This document shows positions 26,243 through 35,587 of a stretch of 64,000 bases of DNA, in pieces (the first letter of the stretch is position 1; every line of letters starts with the position of its first letter). Both the position numbers and the translations under genes were made by a program. The DNA comes from a virus. Lineage: Duplodnaviria; Heunggongvirae; Uroviricota; Caudoviricetes. The notes under the pieces are model-generated. The model was not told the DNA's origin and ran no database searches. It worked only from the letters and a program-made list of their open reading frames with translations. The DNA is taken from IMG/VR virus record IMGVR_UViG_2836824207_000004, positions 10,278 to 74,277 of that record. One strand, 5' to 3'.

Positions 26243-26600
26243 CTTCACTTTTCCCATTACCGTTCCAATCTCCACCCCAGCGAATAGTGACATTTAATTC
26301 TTTGGCCGCTCGAAACATTGCCTTCGCAATTTCCTTAAATTTATCCCGTTCTGACCAAGGGATTTTTCCTTCAACCAGCGGGGCTAAATCCACCGCGTGA
26401 CCGGTTAAATGACGGCTATTCATTGTCTTAGTTGCCCCTTGCTTAAAGAGTTGGGCTTGGCGTTCTTTTGTTCTCACCCCTTCAATCACCGCAAAATCAA
26501 CAGTGCTATATTCAAGGGCTTTGTTTACTACGAGAATTAAATCTGAATGCACTCCCGAGAGTCGCTTTTTACTCATTGTTGATAGTTTAAAATTACTCAT
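26187..26600 (-). CDS. endolysin, peptidase M15 (L-alanyl-D-glutamate peptidase/VanY-like)
   Basis: SRHLTGHAVDL and DGPHFEL zinc-ligand motifs. 137 aa. Confidence 0.75.
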   Translation of the reverse strand: MSNFKLSTMSKKRLSGVHSDLILVVNKALEYSTVDFAVIEGVRTKERQAQLFKQGATKTMNSRHLTGHAVDLAPLVEGKIPWSERDKFKEIAKAMFRAAKELNVTIRWGGDWNGNGKSEDERFYDGPHFELHRAVYP

Positions 26601-26934
26601 TTTTTATACCAGCTTTACTTTTAAAAAAACCTAGTAAAAGTTGCCTTACCGCACTCGTTCCAGCCAACCCTATCGCAGCTCCAGCAGGCGTTATTAAAGA
26701 AATATCAAAATGAAAGTGCATTAATACTGGTTGCATAACCCCAGCAATTAAACTACATAACAGTGCTTCTGCTGTCACACGTCTTGGACTATCTGTCTTA
26801 CCATATAAAAAAGCCTTAAGTAATGATGCAAAAAATGCAACCACTACCGCACAGATAAGATGATTATGATTAGATAAATGAAATGTAATAAATGTCCAAA
26901 TTTGATTCCATACATCCGGATTTTTTTCTGGCAT
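26593..26934 (-). CDS. holin (113 aa, three predicted TM segments)
   Basis: Three hydrophobic helices. Lies immediately upstream of the endolysin with overlapping ends. Confidence 0.6.
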   Translation of the reverse strand: MPEKNPDVWNQIWTFITFHLSNHNHLICAVVVAFFASLLKAFLYGKTDSPRRVTAEALLCSLIAGVMQPVLMHFHFDISLITPAGAAIGLAGTSAVRQLLLGFFKSKAGIKNE

Positions 26935-26938
26935 AATT

Positions 26939-27109
26939 CTACAACCTTGTTTTGGCTATTGTTTTTAATAATGCTTCAAATTTTCGCTGCTCATTTTCCT
27001 TATAGCGTTTAAACTCCGCACCTTCAAATAAAGACTTCGTATCGCTTATGGTACTATTTGCAGCTTGTTTAAAGCTCCAGTGATACTCTAAAACAAGTGA
27101 ATTAACCAT
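26939..27109 (-). CDS. small hypothetical protein
   Basis: Track ORF 26939-27190. A later internal Met is more compatible with the upstream gene end. Confidence 0.35.
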   Translation of the reverse strand: MVNSLVLEYHWSFKQAANSTISDTKSLFEGAEFKRYKENEQRKFEALLKTIAKTRL

Positions 27110-27905
27110 CTTGGTCAAATTTTCCGAATAATTGTTTCGCTGGATCACTGATTGAGTCAGTAGAGCGAAATCGGGCAGGAAGTAATTCAACTTCCTCTCC
27201 TTTTTTATTAGTGGCTATAGGATAAGATGGTTGAATAATTACTCCTTGATTATCAAGATTAATATCAAAAAGATGAGTAATTGATTTCATCCCTTTATAA
27301 ATAAACATCATTAGCAAAGAGCAAAAAGCACTTTCAGGTAAACGTCTTAATCGCTCAACCCGAGACTCTAGCCAATCACCATAATTTATTGCATTCAGAT
27401 AAGGGGATACAACCTCCTCCTCTTTGCGAAAAAATTGGGCTGCCATCGTATAAAGAAACCAGTCCGCACGATTTGGCGTTTTATCTGCCATAAAGAGACG
27501 TTCTTCAATGACATCAAGCATAGCTCCTGTTAATGGTTGAATAAACCAAAGGTCTTCATCATCTGGAATCTGACCAATTTCAACCTGATCTAATTTATAT
27601 TGTTTTTCAACTTGCAAATAATTCGTGTAATGCCCATTACCAACATTAAAATCTGGTACATCTGACACGCTAGATAAATAAGTTGCCTCAATAAAAATGC
27701 GTTCTTGTGCCGTCAAGTGATCAATTGATAGCTCTGAATAGCCTTTATGCCAAGTAAGTTCTTTGATAGCAAATCGAAGAAATGCAGAGCGTGTAGTCTC
27801 AAGTAAATGAGTAGGAATATTAAGCAGCTCTTGTATATCTGCTATAGTTAACTCTTGTAATGTGAAAGTAAAACGTGCTGTGCGTACAGGTTGAAAATAA
27901 ATCAT
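27102..27905 (-). CDS. hypothetical protein (267 aa)
   Basis: Track ORF with overlapping stop/start against the 302-aa gene. Confidence 0.5.
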   Translation of the reverse strand: MIYFQPVRTARFTFTLQELTIADIQELLNIPTHLLETTRSAFLRFAIKELTWHKGYSELSIDHLTAQERIFIEATYLSSVSDVPDFNVGNGHYTNYLQVEKQYKLDQVEIGQIPDDEDLWFIQPLTGAMLDVIEERLFMADKTPNRADWFLYTMAAQFFRKEEEVVSPYLNAINYGDWLESRVERLRRLPESAFCSLLMMFIYKGMKSITHLFDINLDNQGVIIQPSYPIATNKKGEEVELLPARFRSTDSISDPAKQLFGKFDQDG

Positions 27906-28810
27906 TTTTTCCCTCCATAAATCCTCTGAATGTCTGCCTTATCCCAAGCGGTCAATGATGATATAGTCAGCGAAACTTCAGCTTTAGCATAACTACCATC
28001 AGAAGTGGTTGGAGATGTTATAGGATCACTAATCATTTCTATCACCAGTGGCTTATAAATACGACCTTTATATTCCATTGCAATAAGCCTAGGTGCTTTT
28101 GATGGCATTAATACATCAAGCCATTTCCCCTCACCTGATATCGCCTGCATCACATTTACCAATGCACCATCTGGCGACAGTTCTTGTGGCATAGCCCACT
28201 TAATAAGCGTTTTAATAGGATCCATAACTTCTGACTTTGGATCGCTATATGCTCGAAATAAAAGCTTCATCGTACATTTAACTGGTGGCATTCCAGCAAA
28301 CGTTTGGGTAGAGTTAAGCTTTGTTATTCCAGTTCTCCCTTCAAGACTTTTAAGCGCGCCCTGTATTGCACCTTGATTTTGGGTAGGATTCTCGCTATTT
28401 GCCCCTCCAACACCAACGGAACGCGTAAACTGACCAAAAAAGTCTGATAATAGCCCACTCTGTAACATTGCACTGATAGCTGGAGCTTTAGCTTCTGTTC
28501 CCATTTGTTCAAAAGGTGATTGCCAATTAAGTTGATATTCCATTTCCGCACCATCAAGAATCGGTGCGTATACCGCCAACTCATCAGGGTCCTTGACATA
28601 TCTACGATCTTTACCTTCCCCTACAGAATTTACTGGGTAAAATCTTGCTATTAAATGATTATTTAACCCTTGCCAATCTGAGCCTAAACCAGGGTTCAAA
28701 GAAGTTAATGCCTTATCAAAAGTTCCTTTCAGGAATTCATTCGTTTTATCTACAGCATCAGAAATAAATTGTTTTGTACTATCAAAAATCCCCATAGCAT
28801 CTAAACTCAT
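27902..28810 (-). CDS. hypothetical protein (302 aa)
   Basis: First gene behind motif half-copy 5. Confidence 0.5.
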   Translation of the reverse strand: MSLDAMGIFDSTKQFISDAVDKTNEFLKGTFDKALTSLNPGLGSDWQGLNNHLIARFYPVNSVGEGKDRRYVKDPDELAVYAPILDGAEMEYQLNWQSPFEQMGTEAKAPAISAMLQSGLLSDFFGQFTRSVGVGGANSENPTQNQGAIQGALKSLEGRTGITKLNSTQTFAGMPPVKCTMKLLFRAYSDPKSEVMDPIKTLIKWAMPQELSPDGALVNVMQAISGEGKWLDVLMPSKAPRLIAMEYKGRIYKPLVIEMISDPITSPTTSDGSYAKAEVSLTISSLTAWDKADIQRIYGGKK

Positions 28811-28862
28811 AATGTGTCTTTTACGTAAAATATGCTACGGAACAAAAAATCGAACAGTGCAA

Positions 28863-28879
28863 TTTTCCTATAATGACAA
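28863..28879. promoter_or_regulatory. motif half-copy 5 TTTTCCTATAATGACAA
   Basis: Left half-site conserved. It contains a TATAAT hexamer. Confidence 0.35.
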
Positions 28880-28920
28880 TATTCAAAAAAATGACCGCAC
28901 TTTATGCGGTCAATGAAAAA

Positions 28921-29244
28921 TCACTTTATAGCGGTAAAATCCTCCGGATATTGCCGCCGTTTCACCTCGCTTTCATAGGCGGTTTTGCAATGGTCTTTGT
29001 CGAAAAACAGCCCATTCACCAGCCGAAACCAAAACCGCCAGCGGGCTTTGGGTTTGCTCTCTAACACGGCTCGGCGGTAACAACGGCTGGAAAAGGTTTC
29101 ATCTGCCCCACCGCCCGTTAAGGCGTTGCAAAGTTGGTCGAGGGCAATCAAAACGTGATAGCCCCAAGTTTTAAATGGATTTTTCTTGCTCATTTTGGTA
29201 TTCCTCATAGGTTTGCGACCAGCCGATTGACCAGTCATACTCAA
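28921..29244 (-). CDS. hypothetical protein (107 aa)
   Basis: Track ORF that overlaps the end of the upstream tail-fibre assembly gene. Confidence 0.35.
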   Translation of the reverse strand: MSMTGQSAGRKPMRNTKMSKKNPFKTWGYHVLIALDQLCNALTGGGADETFSSRCYRRAVLESKPKARWRFWFRLVNGLFFDKDHCKTAYESEVKRRQYPEDFTAIK

Positions 29245-29809
29245 GCGGATTTTCCGCTTGTTCTAACAAAATTTTGTGCATATAGGCGTTTTCAAACATT
29301 TTTTCTTTGAGCGTTTTCGCCGCGTTCCACACCGCTTTGAATTTACCAAAATCTAACGGTTGAGCGGTGTTATCCGCACAAATCAGGGTGAAAATACGTG
29401 GCTCGCCGTTTTCTTCCGTTTTGCCGTTTAAGTCAAAATCCGCTTTGATTTCTACCAAGGTGGCACGCCCTTTTTCATCTGTATCCACCCATTTGCCGAT
29501 TTCTGGCACATACACGCCGCCATCAACACAGTTATCTCGTTTGGCATTAATTTTTGACCGCACTTGATTTCGCTGCTCGCTGAGCCGTTCCCCTTGTCTT
29601 GCCTCATCCATCACCCATTTTCCCCCTTGCAATCGGTGATATGGGCTTGGTTGTGGCTCAATCAAAACGGGATAGCCCCGCTCATCGGGGATAATCTGTT
29701 TTCCCTCACTTTGCCCTTCAAGTAAAGTGCGGTAGGTTTCTTCGCTGATTTCTATAGCACCTTCAGGTGCTGTGCCGTGATAAAAGCCTGATTTAAAATA
29801 AATCGTCAT
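29171..29809 (-). CDS. tail fibre assembly/chaperone protein (Tfa-like, 212 aa)
   Basis: Position immediately 3-prime of the tail fibre gene. Size and GKW/E-rich pattern are consistent with phage tail assembly chaperones. Confidence 0.5.
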   Translation of the reverse strand: MTIYFKSGFYHGTAPEGAIEISEETYRTLLEGQSEGKQIIPDERGYPVLIEPQPSPYHRLQGGKWVMDEARQGERLSEQRNQVRSKINAKRDNCVDGGVYVPEIGKWVDTDEKGRATLVEIKADFDLNGKTEENGEPRIFTLICADNTAQPLDFGKFKAVWNAAKTLKEKMFENAYMHKILLEQAENPLEYDWSIGWSQTYEEYQNEQEKSI

Positions 29810-29824
29810 AAATTCCCCTTAATG

Positions 29825-32437
29825 TTAAGTTAATAAGCCAGCTTCTCTAAAATAACTTTCCAGTTCCTCTAATACTTCTGGTGCAAGTACAGTCTCTCTG
29901 CTTCTGCGGCTCGTTTTCCATCTACCGATTGCCAAAAACTGAATTCGCATCGCTCCTTGATTAATGGTTCTGTGTTCATACTCATAATAAAAACACTGTG
30001 ATTTGTTAGATTTAGTTAAAATATTTATACCGAAACTGTGAGGGGTATTAACCGAAGTGGTTAGTGATGCGAAAATTAATGGTATATCAATGAAGGCTTC
30101 AGGCCACATAAAGGATTTCTCTCGCGTACCCACAATATCATTTTGATTAAAACAATAGGTCTGAATCATTGTCCCATCGGGGTACTTCATCACTTCGAAC
30201 CCACCTATGACGGATTTATTTGAAATTGATCTTGCAATAGACTCTTTTATCAATAGCTTTAAATCCGTTATCTCACTTGCGGTATGCGTATGCGAAATGT
30301 CCGCTTTTTCTGCCCGCACTTGTTGGATATCTTGAGCCAAACGGCCCACCTCAAGCTCACCCGCATTGCTCACATTGCCAAAGGCTTTAATCCAAAACTG
30401 CACCCCATCGAGCGTGTTTTGTGCTTTAATGCAGAGTTTGAGAACAAGGGATTTCGGGCGCGTTTCTTCCGCAGTTCGTGTATCTTTATCCGTACCATCC
30501 TTCGTAGAAGCAAGGTAGGTTTTTGCCCTTACCCCATCGGCGACTGCCGTGTTGTTCGCCTGCACCCTGCCTTGTTGTGCAGACTTAAACGAACCTGGCT
30601 CCACATCGGTGGTATCACCATCACGAATGACGAGAGTGATATCTTTCTCGGCTTGATAATCGCCCCCTGCTTCGGTAGGAATATAGTGAAAGTGGTCTTG
30701 AAGGGTATCTTCTTGCACCTCACCCACCGCAAGCAATGCCCCCGCGTTACGAATAAAGCGGTCTTTCGCTTTCGGCACGGCGGAAAGGCTGCCATATTTC
30801 GCCACAAGGTGGCGATACAGTTCGGGATAAGCCTGTTCACTCACCTGCTCTTCAATGTCATCAAAGGCAATCCAGCCCGCCGGAATGTTATCTGTGGGAA
30901 AATACGCCGTCATTCCCACATCAGAGCGGCGTAAATCAGGCAGTTTGTTGTTATTGCCTAACGTGCGGTATAAATCGGGGTAAGTGCTACTACCAAAAGT
31001 TGAGCCATCGCATCGCAAAAATCCGTGCGGATTTTGCACCGCACTTGGAAATGCCACGACCGCGCCGACAGGAATGATGCTTTGGATTTTCTCGTCGACC
31101 CAACCCCGATACGCTACAACCTCATTTTTAGTAAGCTGCGGAAATGCTAAACAGCGTTGCTCGCCACTTGCAGAGCGATAGACATAATTAAATCTTGGGT
31201 CGGTTGCTGAGGCAGGATTGACGTCCCACTGCCAATAGCCACCATCGGGTAGGGTGGCACGGATGCGCCCCCAACGATTGTTAGCAATATTAATAAGACC
31301 TGTTGCGGTTATATCTGGTGCGGCAATATTACCCGTAAATGTCCCACCAAGCTCGGTCATAATGCGCTTTTGACCAAGGTGATTGCCATTGGCATCAAAG
31401 GCTGTCGTAAATATATCCCAAGCAATATTGCCCGTTGAGCTACCATAGCTAAAGCAAATCCCTCTAGCGTGAGCATTGGTGCTGTAGCTTGGGTGGGTAA
31501 TGTGCATCATCAACCCATTGAGTGGGAGATTATTAAGTCTAGCGCCGTTTGGACGATAAAACCCGCTGTAGGTATAGCCATTAGCCTTGGTATAGTCGAT
31601 GGTTTTCAAAAATGCCTCGCCACCAACCTTATCTAGCTTGATGTCGTTAAGGTCATACACTGCCTTACTGGTCGCCACGGTGTCGCTACTTGCCAAATTA
31701 ATTGCATTAGATTTTTTGCTGTTGGGGATATAGTTACTCAGATTGCGGGTTAAGGCATCAATCAGCCCTTTCAACGTTTTCCCCGCTTTGGCGGTGAGCC
31801 CTAGGGTTTCTGCTTCGCTATCGGTGGCGTTGGTGAGTTGCACAATGCCCGCTTGGCTTGTGCTTGCTTTGTCGATTTCGTGGCTGTGGCCCGTTTCCTC
31901 CACGGCGTTTTGGCTAGTGGCGGTGAGAGTTTTTGGGGTATATTGAGGGTGTGGATTATCTTCATTTTCGTGCTGATTTATGAGCTGAATAAGTTTATCT
32001 TGATCTTGCATTATTTGCACATCAATACGTTCAACAGGCATTGCTTCCAAGGCAAGCGAAAATGAAATTGTTGTCTCCACTTTATCAGAGATAAAAATTA
32101 ACCCTTCGCCTTTTATTTCATCCGAAGAATAAACAGCGATAAGCGTATTATTTGCCCAAAAACCAATTTCATTACACCAAAAACCTTCATCTTGTTCTGC
32201 TTTTATAACAAAACGCATCTGGATTGTTTTCTCATCTAATCTTACAGCGGATGCAATACCTACACGCAATCTCTCTTGTTTTAGGGAAGTTTCTTCTCCC
32301 GTTGGTCGATATTTTTCCGTACCAAATGCCGCGTGTGTAATAGTCAGCGATAAATGCTGATTATTATTCATCGTAGCGAGTTTTAATCCTGCCTTAGTTA
32401 TTGTTGGGGGGCTATTGATTTGATTTACAGCCATCAC
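29825..32437 (-). CDS. tail fibre protein, P2 gpH-like N-terminus (870 aa)
   Basis: GFWCNEIGFWANNTLIAV and ASTSQAGIVQLTNATDSEAETLGLTAKAGKTL parallel P2 H (GFWMRELGLYDDAGTLIAV; ASLTAKGFTQLSSATNSTSETLAATPKA). Also has C-terminal HTHT motifs. Confidence 0.8.
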   Translation of the reverse strand: MMAVNQINSPPTITKAGLKLATMNNNQHLSLTITHAAFGTEKYRPTGEETSLKQERLRVGIASAVRLDEKTIQMRFVIKAEQDEGFWCNEIGFWANNTLIAVYSSDEIKGEGLIFISDKVETTISFSLALEAMPVERIDVQIMQDQDKLIQLINQHENEDNPHPQYTPKTLTATSQNAVEETGHSHEIDKASTSQAGIVQLTNATDSEAETLGLTAKAGKTLKGLIDALTRNLSNYIPNSKKSNAINLASSDTVATSKAVYDLNDIKLDKVGGEAFLKTIDYTKANGYTYSGFYRPNGARLNNLPLNGLMMHITHPSYSTNAHARGICFSYGSSTGNIAWDIFTTAFDANGNHLGQKRIMTELGGTFTGNIAAPDITATGLINIANNRWGRIRATLPDGGYWQWDVNPASATDPRFNYVYRSASGEQRCLAFPQLTKNEVVAYRGWVDEKIQSIIPVGAVVAFPSAVQNPHGFLRCDGSTFGSSTYPDLYRTLGNNNKLPDLRRSDVGMTAYFPTDNIPAGWIAFDDIEEQVSEQAYPELYRHLVAKYGSLSAVPKAKDRFIRNAGALLAVGEVQEDTLQDHFHYIPTEAGGDYQAEKDITLVIRDGDTTDVEPGSFKSAQQGRVQANNTAVADGVRAKTYLASTKDGTDKDTRTAEETRPKSLVLKLCIKAQNTLDGVQFWIKAFGNVSNAGELEVGRLAQDIQQVRAEKADISHTHTASEITDLKLLIKESIARSISNKSVIGGFEVMKYPDGTMIQTYCFNQNDIVGTREKSFMWPEAFIDIPLIFASLTTSVNTPHSFGINILTKSNKSQCFYYEYEHRTINQGAMRIQFLAIGRWKTSRRSRETVLAPEVLEELESYFREAGLLT

Positions 32438-32506
32438 ATATCCTTAACGATAAAAATCTGTGAGGCTAGTATAAAAAGATAGATATATTTAATACTTGTT
32501 TTTTTC

Positions 32507-32833
32507 CTAAATCACCGTTTTATAAAATTCTCTTTTTTCTTGGTTATTTTCATATCCAGCACGAGATTTTATTTCTTTAAGCTGTTTTTCAGTAGGCAGA
32601 ACAAGAATCTGTTCATTAAGTGGCTCATCAAAAGAACCAAGCCCAGCGGCTGCCATAATAGTAAGAAACTCATTTCGTCGCCCATACACCCGTAGGCTTA
32701 CCAAAGTAAGATCGTGCTTTTCATCAAATTTTGTTTCATAACGAATTGCTGGTTCCCATTTTTTAGTTCTGATCGAAAAATCACGAACAAGTTGTACAAA
32801 CCTATTACAAGCCATAGAATGACTTTCTATCAT
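32507..32833 (-). CDS. hypothetical protein between the I-like and H genes
   Basis: Track ORF 32507-32920. It was trimmed to an internal Met to avoid overlap. Confidence 0.4.
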   Translation of the reverse strand: MIESHSMACNRFVQLVRDFSIRTKKWEPAIRYETKFDEKHDLTLVSLRVYGRRNEFLTIMAAAGLGSFDEPLNEQILVLPTEKQLKEIKSRAGYENNQEKREFYKTVI

Positions 32834-32846
32834 AAATCCCCCTGCC

Positions 32847-33512
32847 TTAAATAATTGGTAATCGGCACTTGCCTTTAAATGAGGCAAAATTAAACCCAGA
32901 AAATCCCGTTCCAATAACAACTTTTGAAGGCTTGTTTTTATTTCCTAGTTCTTTTTTTACAGTCAGTCCAACAACAAATCTAGCTCCTATAATTGATTGA
33001 ATTGTAGATACATACTGCAGTATTTGTTGCCCATCTTCGCTTATATCGGTGATTGAAATTTTTATCCTAGATGTAAGCCAATGAGGGGTGTTTTTTCTAC
33101 GAACTCCTTCGGCATTTACAAGCGATGTTGTATATGGTTTATCTGTTTCCTGCCACAATTGCTCAATAGTGAAGCCATCTGGATAAAGCATTTGTAAATA
33201 AGTACGCAGAAAATGAAAACCTCTTTTAGGGTTTTTAACTCGCCAAGCCTTAAAAAGATAACGAAGTCTATCAATATCGCCATCAGCACGCATTAGACTT
33301 AGCCCATCATTTAACGCAAATTTCGTTAATAATGCACTTTGAGCCAAATAAGGCGATCCATAATGTAATAAGTCCCTTTGTCTATGCCATAGCATTTTCT
33401 TAAAAACCCTAAGAAAAACATTTTTCCAAGCTAGTTCAATTTCCTCTGTCATTTCTGAGGCCACAAATGGATAAATAGGCGTGACCTCTTTTGCTCCTGT
33501 CTGATTTACCAT
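32847..33512 (-). CDS. tail protein I-like (221 aa), position-based
   Basis: Lies between the J-like and fibre genes, as in P2 and Mu. Confidence 0.4.
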   Translation of the reverse strand: MVNQTGAKEVTPIYPFVASEMTEEIELAWKNVFLRVFKKMLWHRQRDLLHYGSPYLAQSALLTKFALNDGLSLMRADGDIDRLRYLFKAWRVKNPKRGFHFLRTYLQMLYPDGFTIEQLWQETDKPYTTSLVNAEGVRRKNTPHWLTSRIKISITDISEDGQQILQYVSTIQSIIGARFVVGLTVKKELGNKNKPSKVVIGTGFSGFNFASFKGKCRLPII

Positions 33513-33514
33513 AA

Positions 33515-34978
33515 TTACTCCACTGTATTATATCCACCGCCCCACACGCTACTTTCATACCCATTAGACGTTAAATTAATTGTGATTGACTCTTTATCTA
33601 GGTATCGAAATACTTCGGGAGCGGAATTCACTCCATTAGATATTGATACATTTAAATCACTTCTTTTGTCCGCAAGTGCTGGAATTGCCTGCTCTATCAA
33701 ACTAAATACTTCTTTATTTTTTACAACAACCTTCCCTTGCTTGGTTGAAAAAGCATTTTTGCCATATTCTTGTAACAAAAGATCAATGATTTGAGCTTTA
33801 ACTTGTAATACATCATAAGCTCTTGCAATGATTGCATTAACGGTAATATGAATTTTTTCTGTAATTGGTTCAACGAACTTTGTCTTATAGGAGTCATCAG
33901 CTTCCGCAATGACTTGTGATATTTGTCGCTTGATAGATTCTTTACTTTCAACTGAATTATCGGGTAAAGCAAAAGAGTAAAATAGCGTATTAACATTATT
34001 AATGTCAGCCCCTCGTATTTTTTCTTCTATCTGTTCATTCCATACGGCTAGAAATGCCAAATGATTAAAGTTTTTACGAAGTAATTTATCAAACTCACCG
34101 AGAAATACAGCATTATCATCATAAGTCGAAGGATAATTACACAAGTTTCTTAATGTTGCTATGTCAATAGGATTTTTCCCCGCCCGTTTTAATGCTTTCA
34201 TTTCTAAATTAATCTCGTTTTCCTCATTAGCTTGAATATATTGAAATGAAAATGTACTTCCAAGCTCAGGCTGAATGTCGCCAAAACATTGTCCGCACTC
34301 TATCGTTATAACATCATTAATCGAGGGTTGAAATCCCACAACGGAGGTTTCACCAAACTTGACATATAAACGTTTATATTCATCTGACTCAATATGAAAA
34401 ACCTTTTCTCCCGCATCAACACCATTAAATTTAAAACAGGGGTCAAATACCTCACCATTGACTTTCACTTGAATAGTAGATATATAACTACCATCCTTTG
34501 GCTCTTCAACCTCAATAGCATAAAATGGATAGGACTCGCTCATAGTATGAGAGTGTTTAACAAATTGTAATTGGGTTGCCATAATTTCTCCCTCACCATT
34601 ATTTTGCGTTGAAGCTGGTAATGTAACAGGGCTGTCAATTCGATACATACGTCCGCTTGCGTCAAATAAATAACGACCCGCTTCAATCCTAACAGGCGTA
34701 TTGCCATTATTAATGGCTTTAATCTGAACAATCGCGGGCTTTGCAGTAAAGATTAATCCTTTCAAGGCGGCATCTGCCAATACGGTTGCGTCTCTTGATT
34801 TCAAAAAAGGCTCTTGCATTGCGACTTCAAGTTGCTGGCTATACATAGCAAGCATTTGAGCGATTGCCCCTTGCATTTGTAAAAATCTCGGATCGCCCGC
34901 GTGATACAAGGCGGCAGTCAGCTCGTTTTTTAACGCCTCTTCTTTCACCGCTTCAAGGAAGTCTTCTTTGGTGTACAT
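33515..34978 (-). CDS. baseplate J-like protein (487 aa), position-based
   Basis: Large baseplate-sized gene upstream of the I-like and fibre genes. Confidence 0.45.
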   Translation of the reverse strand: MYTKEDFLEAVKEEALKNELTAALYHAGDPRFLQMQGAIAQMLAMYSQQLEVAMQEPFLKSRDATVLADAALKGLIFTAKPAIVQIKAINNGNTPVRIEAGRYLFDASGRMYRIDSPVTLPASTQNNGEGEIMATQLQFVKHSHTMSESYPFYAIEVEEPKDGSYISTIQVKVNGEVFDPCFKFNGVDAGEKVFHIESDEYKRLYVKFGETSVVGFQPSINDVITIECGQCFGDIQPELGSTFSFQYIQANEENEINLEMKALKRAGKNPIDIATLRNLCNYPSTYDDNAVFLGEFDKLLRKNFNHLAFLAVWNEQIEEKIRGADINNVNTLFYSFALPDNSVESKESIKRQISQVIAEADDSYKTKFVEPITEKIHITVNAIIARAYDVLQVKAQIIDLLLQEYGKNAFSTKQGKVVVKNKEVFSLIEQAIPALADKRSDLNVSISNGVNSAPEVFRYLDKESITINLTSNGYESSVWGGGYNTVE

Positions 34979-34988
34979 TGTTCAATCC

Positions 34989-35300
34989 TCACATAATATC
35001 TAACACAATATTGCCAATCTCTAAGATAAAGTGCATTTTATCTGGACTCACAGGCACAGAATAAATGTTCACCGCATCAGGAGGGAGCATATCCAAAACG
35101 GGAACATCTCGACGCAATTTAGCAATCACTTCATCAGCCGCCCCCATTGTAAGCGGAGCGAATAACAGGGCGTGTTTATCAAAACCATAATCAGACCCTA
35201 AATAGCTATTCACAGGTGTTGCCAACCAATGCCGCACCATTTTTTCAACATCACTTTGTGTAATTTTTGCTGTTTCCATAATGACAATGAACCTCATCAA
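34989..35300 (-). CDS. baseplate W/gp25-like small protein (103 aa), position-based
   Basis: First gene of the operon, directly behind motif half-copy 6. Confidence 0.35.
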   Translation of the reverse strand: MMRFIVIMETAKITQSDVEKMVRHWLATPVNSYLGSDYGFDKHALLFAPLTMGAADEVIAKLRRDVPVLDMLPPDAVNIYSVPVSPDKMHFILEIGNIVLDIM

Positions 35301-35343
35301 ATTAATGCTATTATCGGGGTTTACTTTCCTTGACTTCGCTAAA

Positions 35344-35360
35344 TTTTCCTAATAAAAAAC
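35344..35360. promoter_or_regulatory. motif half-copy 6 TTTTCCTAATAAAAAAC
   Basis: Half-site upstream of the start at 35300. It overlaps a USS hairpin. Confidence 0.35.
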
Positions 35361-35388
35361 CGCACAACAAAGTGCGGTCGTTTTTTTC
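35356..35388. terminator. terminator from an inverted USS pair
   Basis: accgcac-aacaaa-gtgcggt followed by a T-run. Confidence 0.6.
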
Positions 35389-35505
35389 TTACTTTTTCAC
35401 CAATAAATCTGTTGTTATTCCACAATAATGCCCGTTGCAGTCTGAGCTTAAATCTAATTCGTACGCACACCACAACAAGCCAATAATCATTACAATCTTG
35501 AACAT
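35389..35505 (-). CDS. small hydrophobic protein (38 aa), paralog of 5340-5456
   Basis: MFKIVMIIGLLWCAYELDLSSDCNGHYCGITTDLLVKK with an AAAGGTG RBS. Confidence 0.5.
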   Translation of the reverse strand: MFKIVMIIGLLWCAYELDLSSDCNGHYCGITTDLLVKK

Positions 35506-35587
35506 AATTTCACCTTTTTACTGAATTTGAGGTAAGTAAAACCGCCACACGGTTCACGGGGAAGTGCGGTCGGTTTTGGTTAGGTTT

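Noticed and set aside
30284-31181. Plus-strand ORFs 30284-30934 and 30984-31181 inside the tail fibre gene
   Set aside because: Antisense shadow ORFs within a well-supported 870-aa fibre gene.
13077-35340. Idea that inverting 13.1-35.3 kb would restore a contiguous V-W-J-I-H baseplate operon
   Set aside because: No repeats or recombinase sites were found at the required breakpoints (13077-13161 and 35301-35343). It is kept only as an observation of a scattered module.
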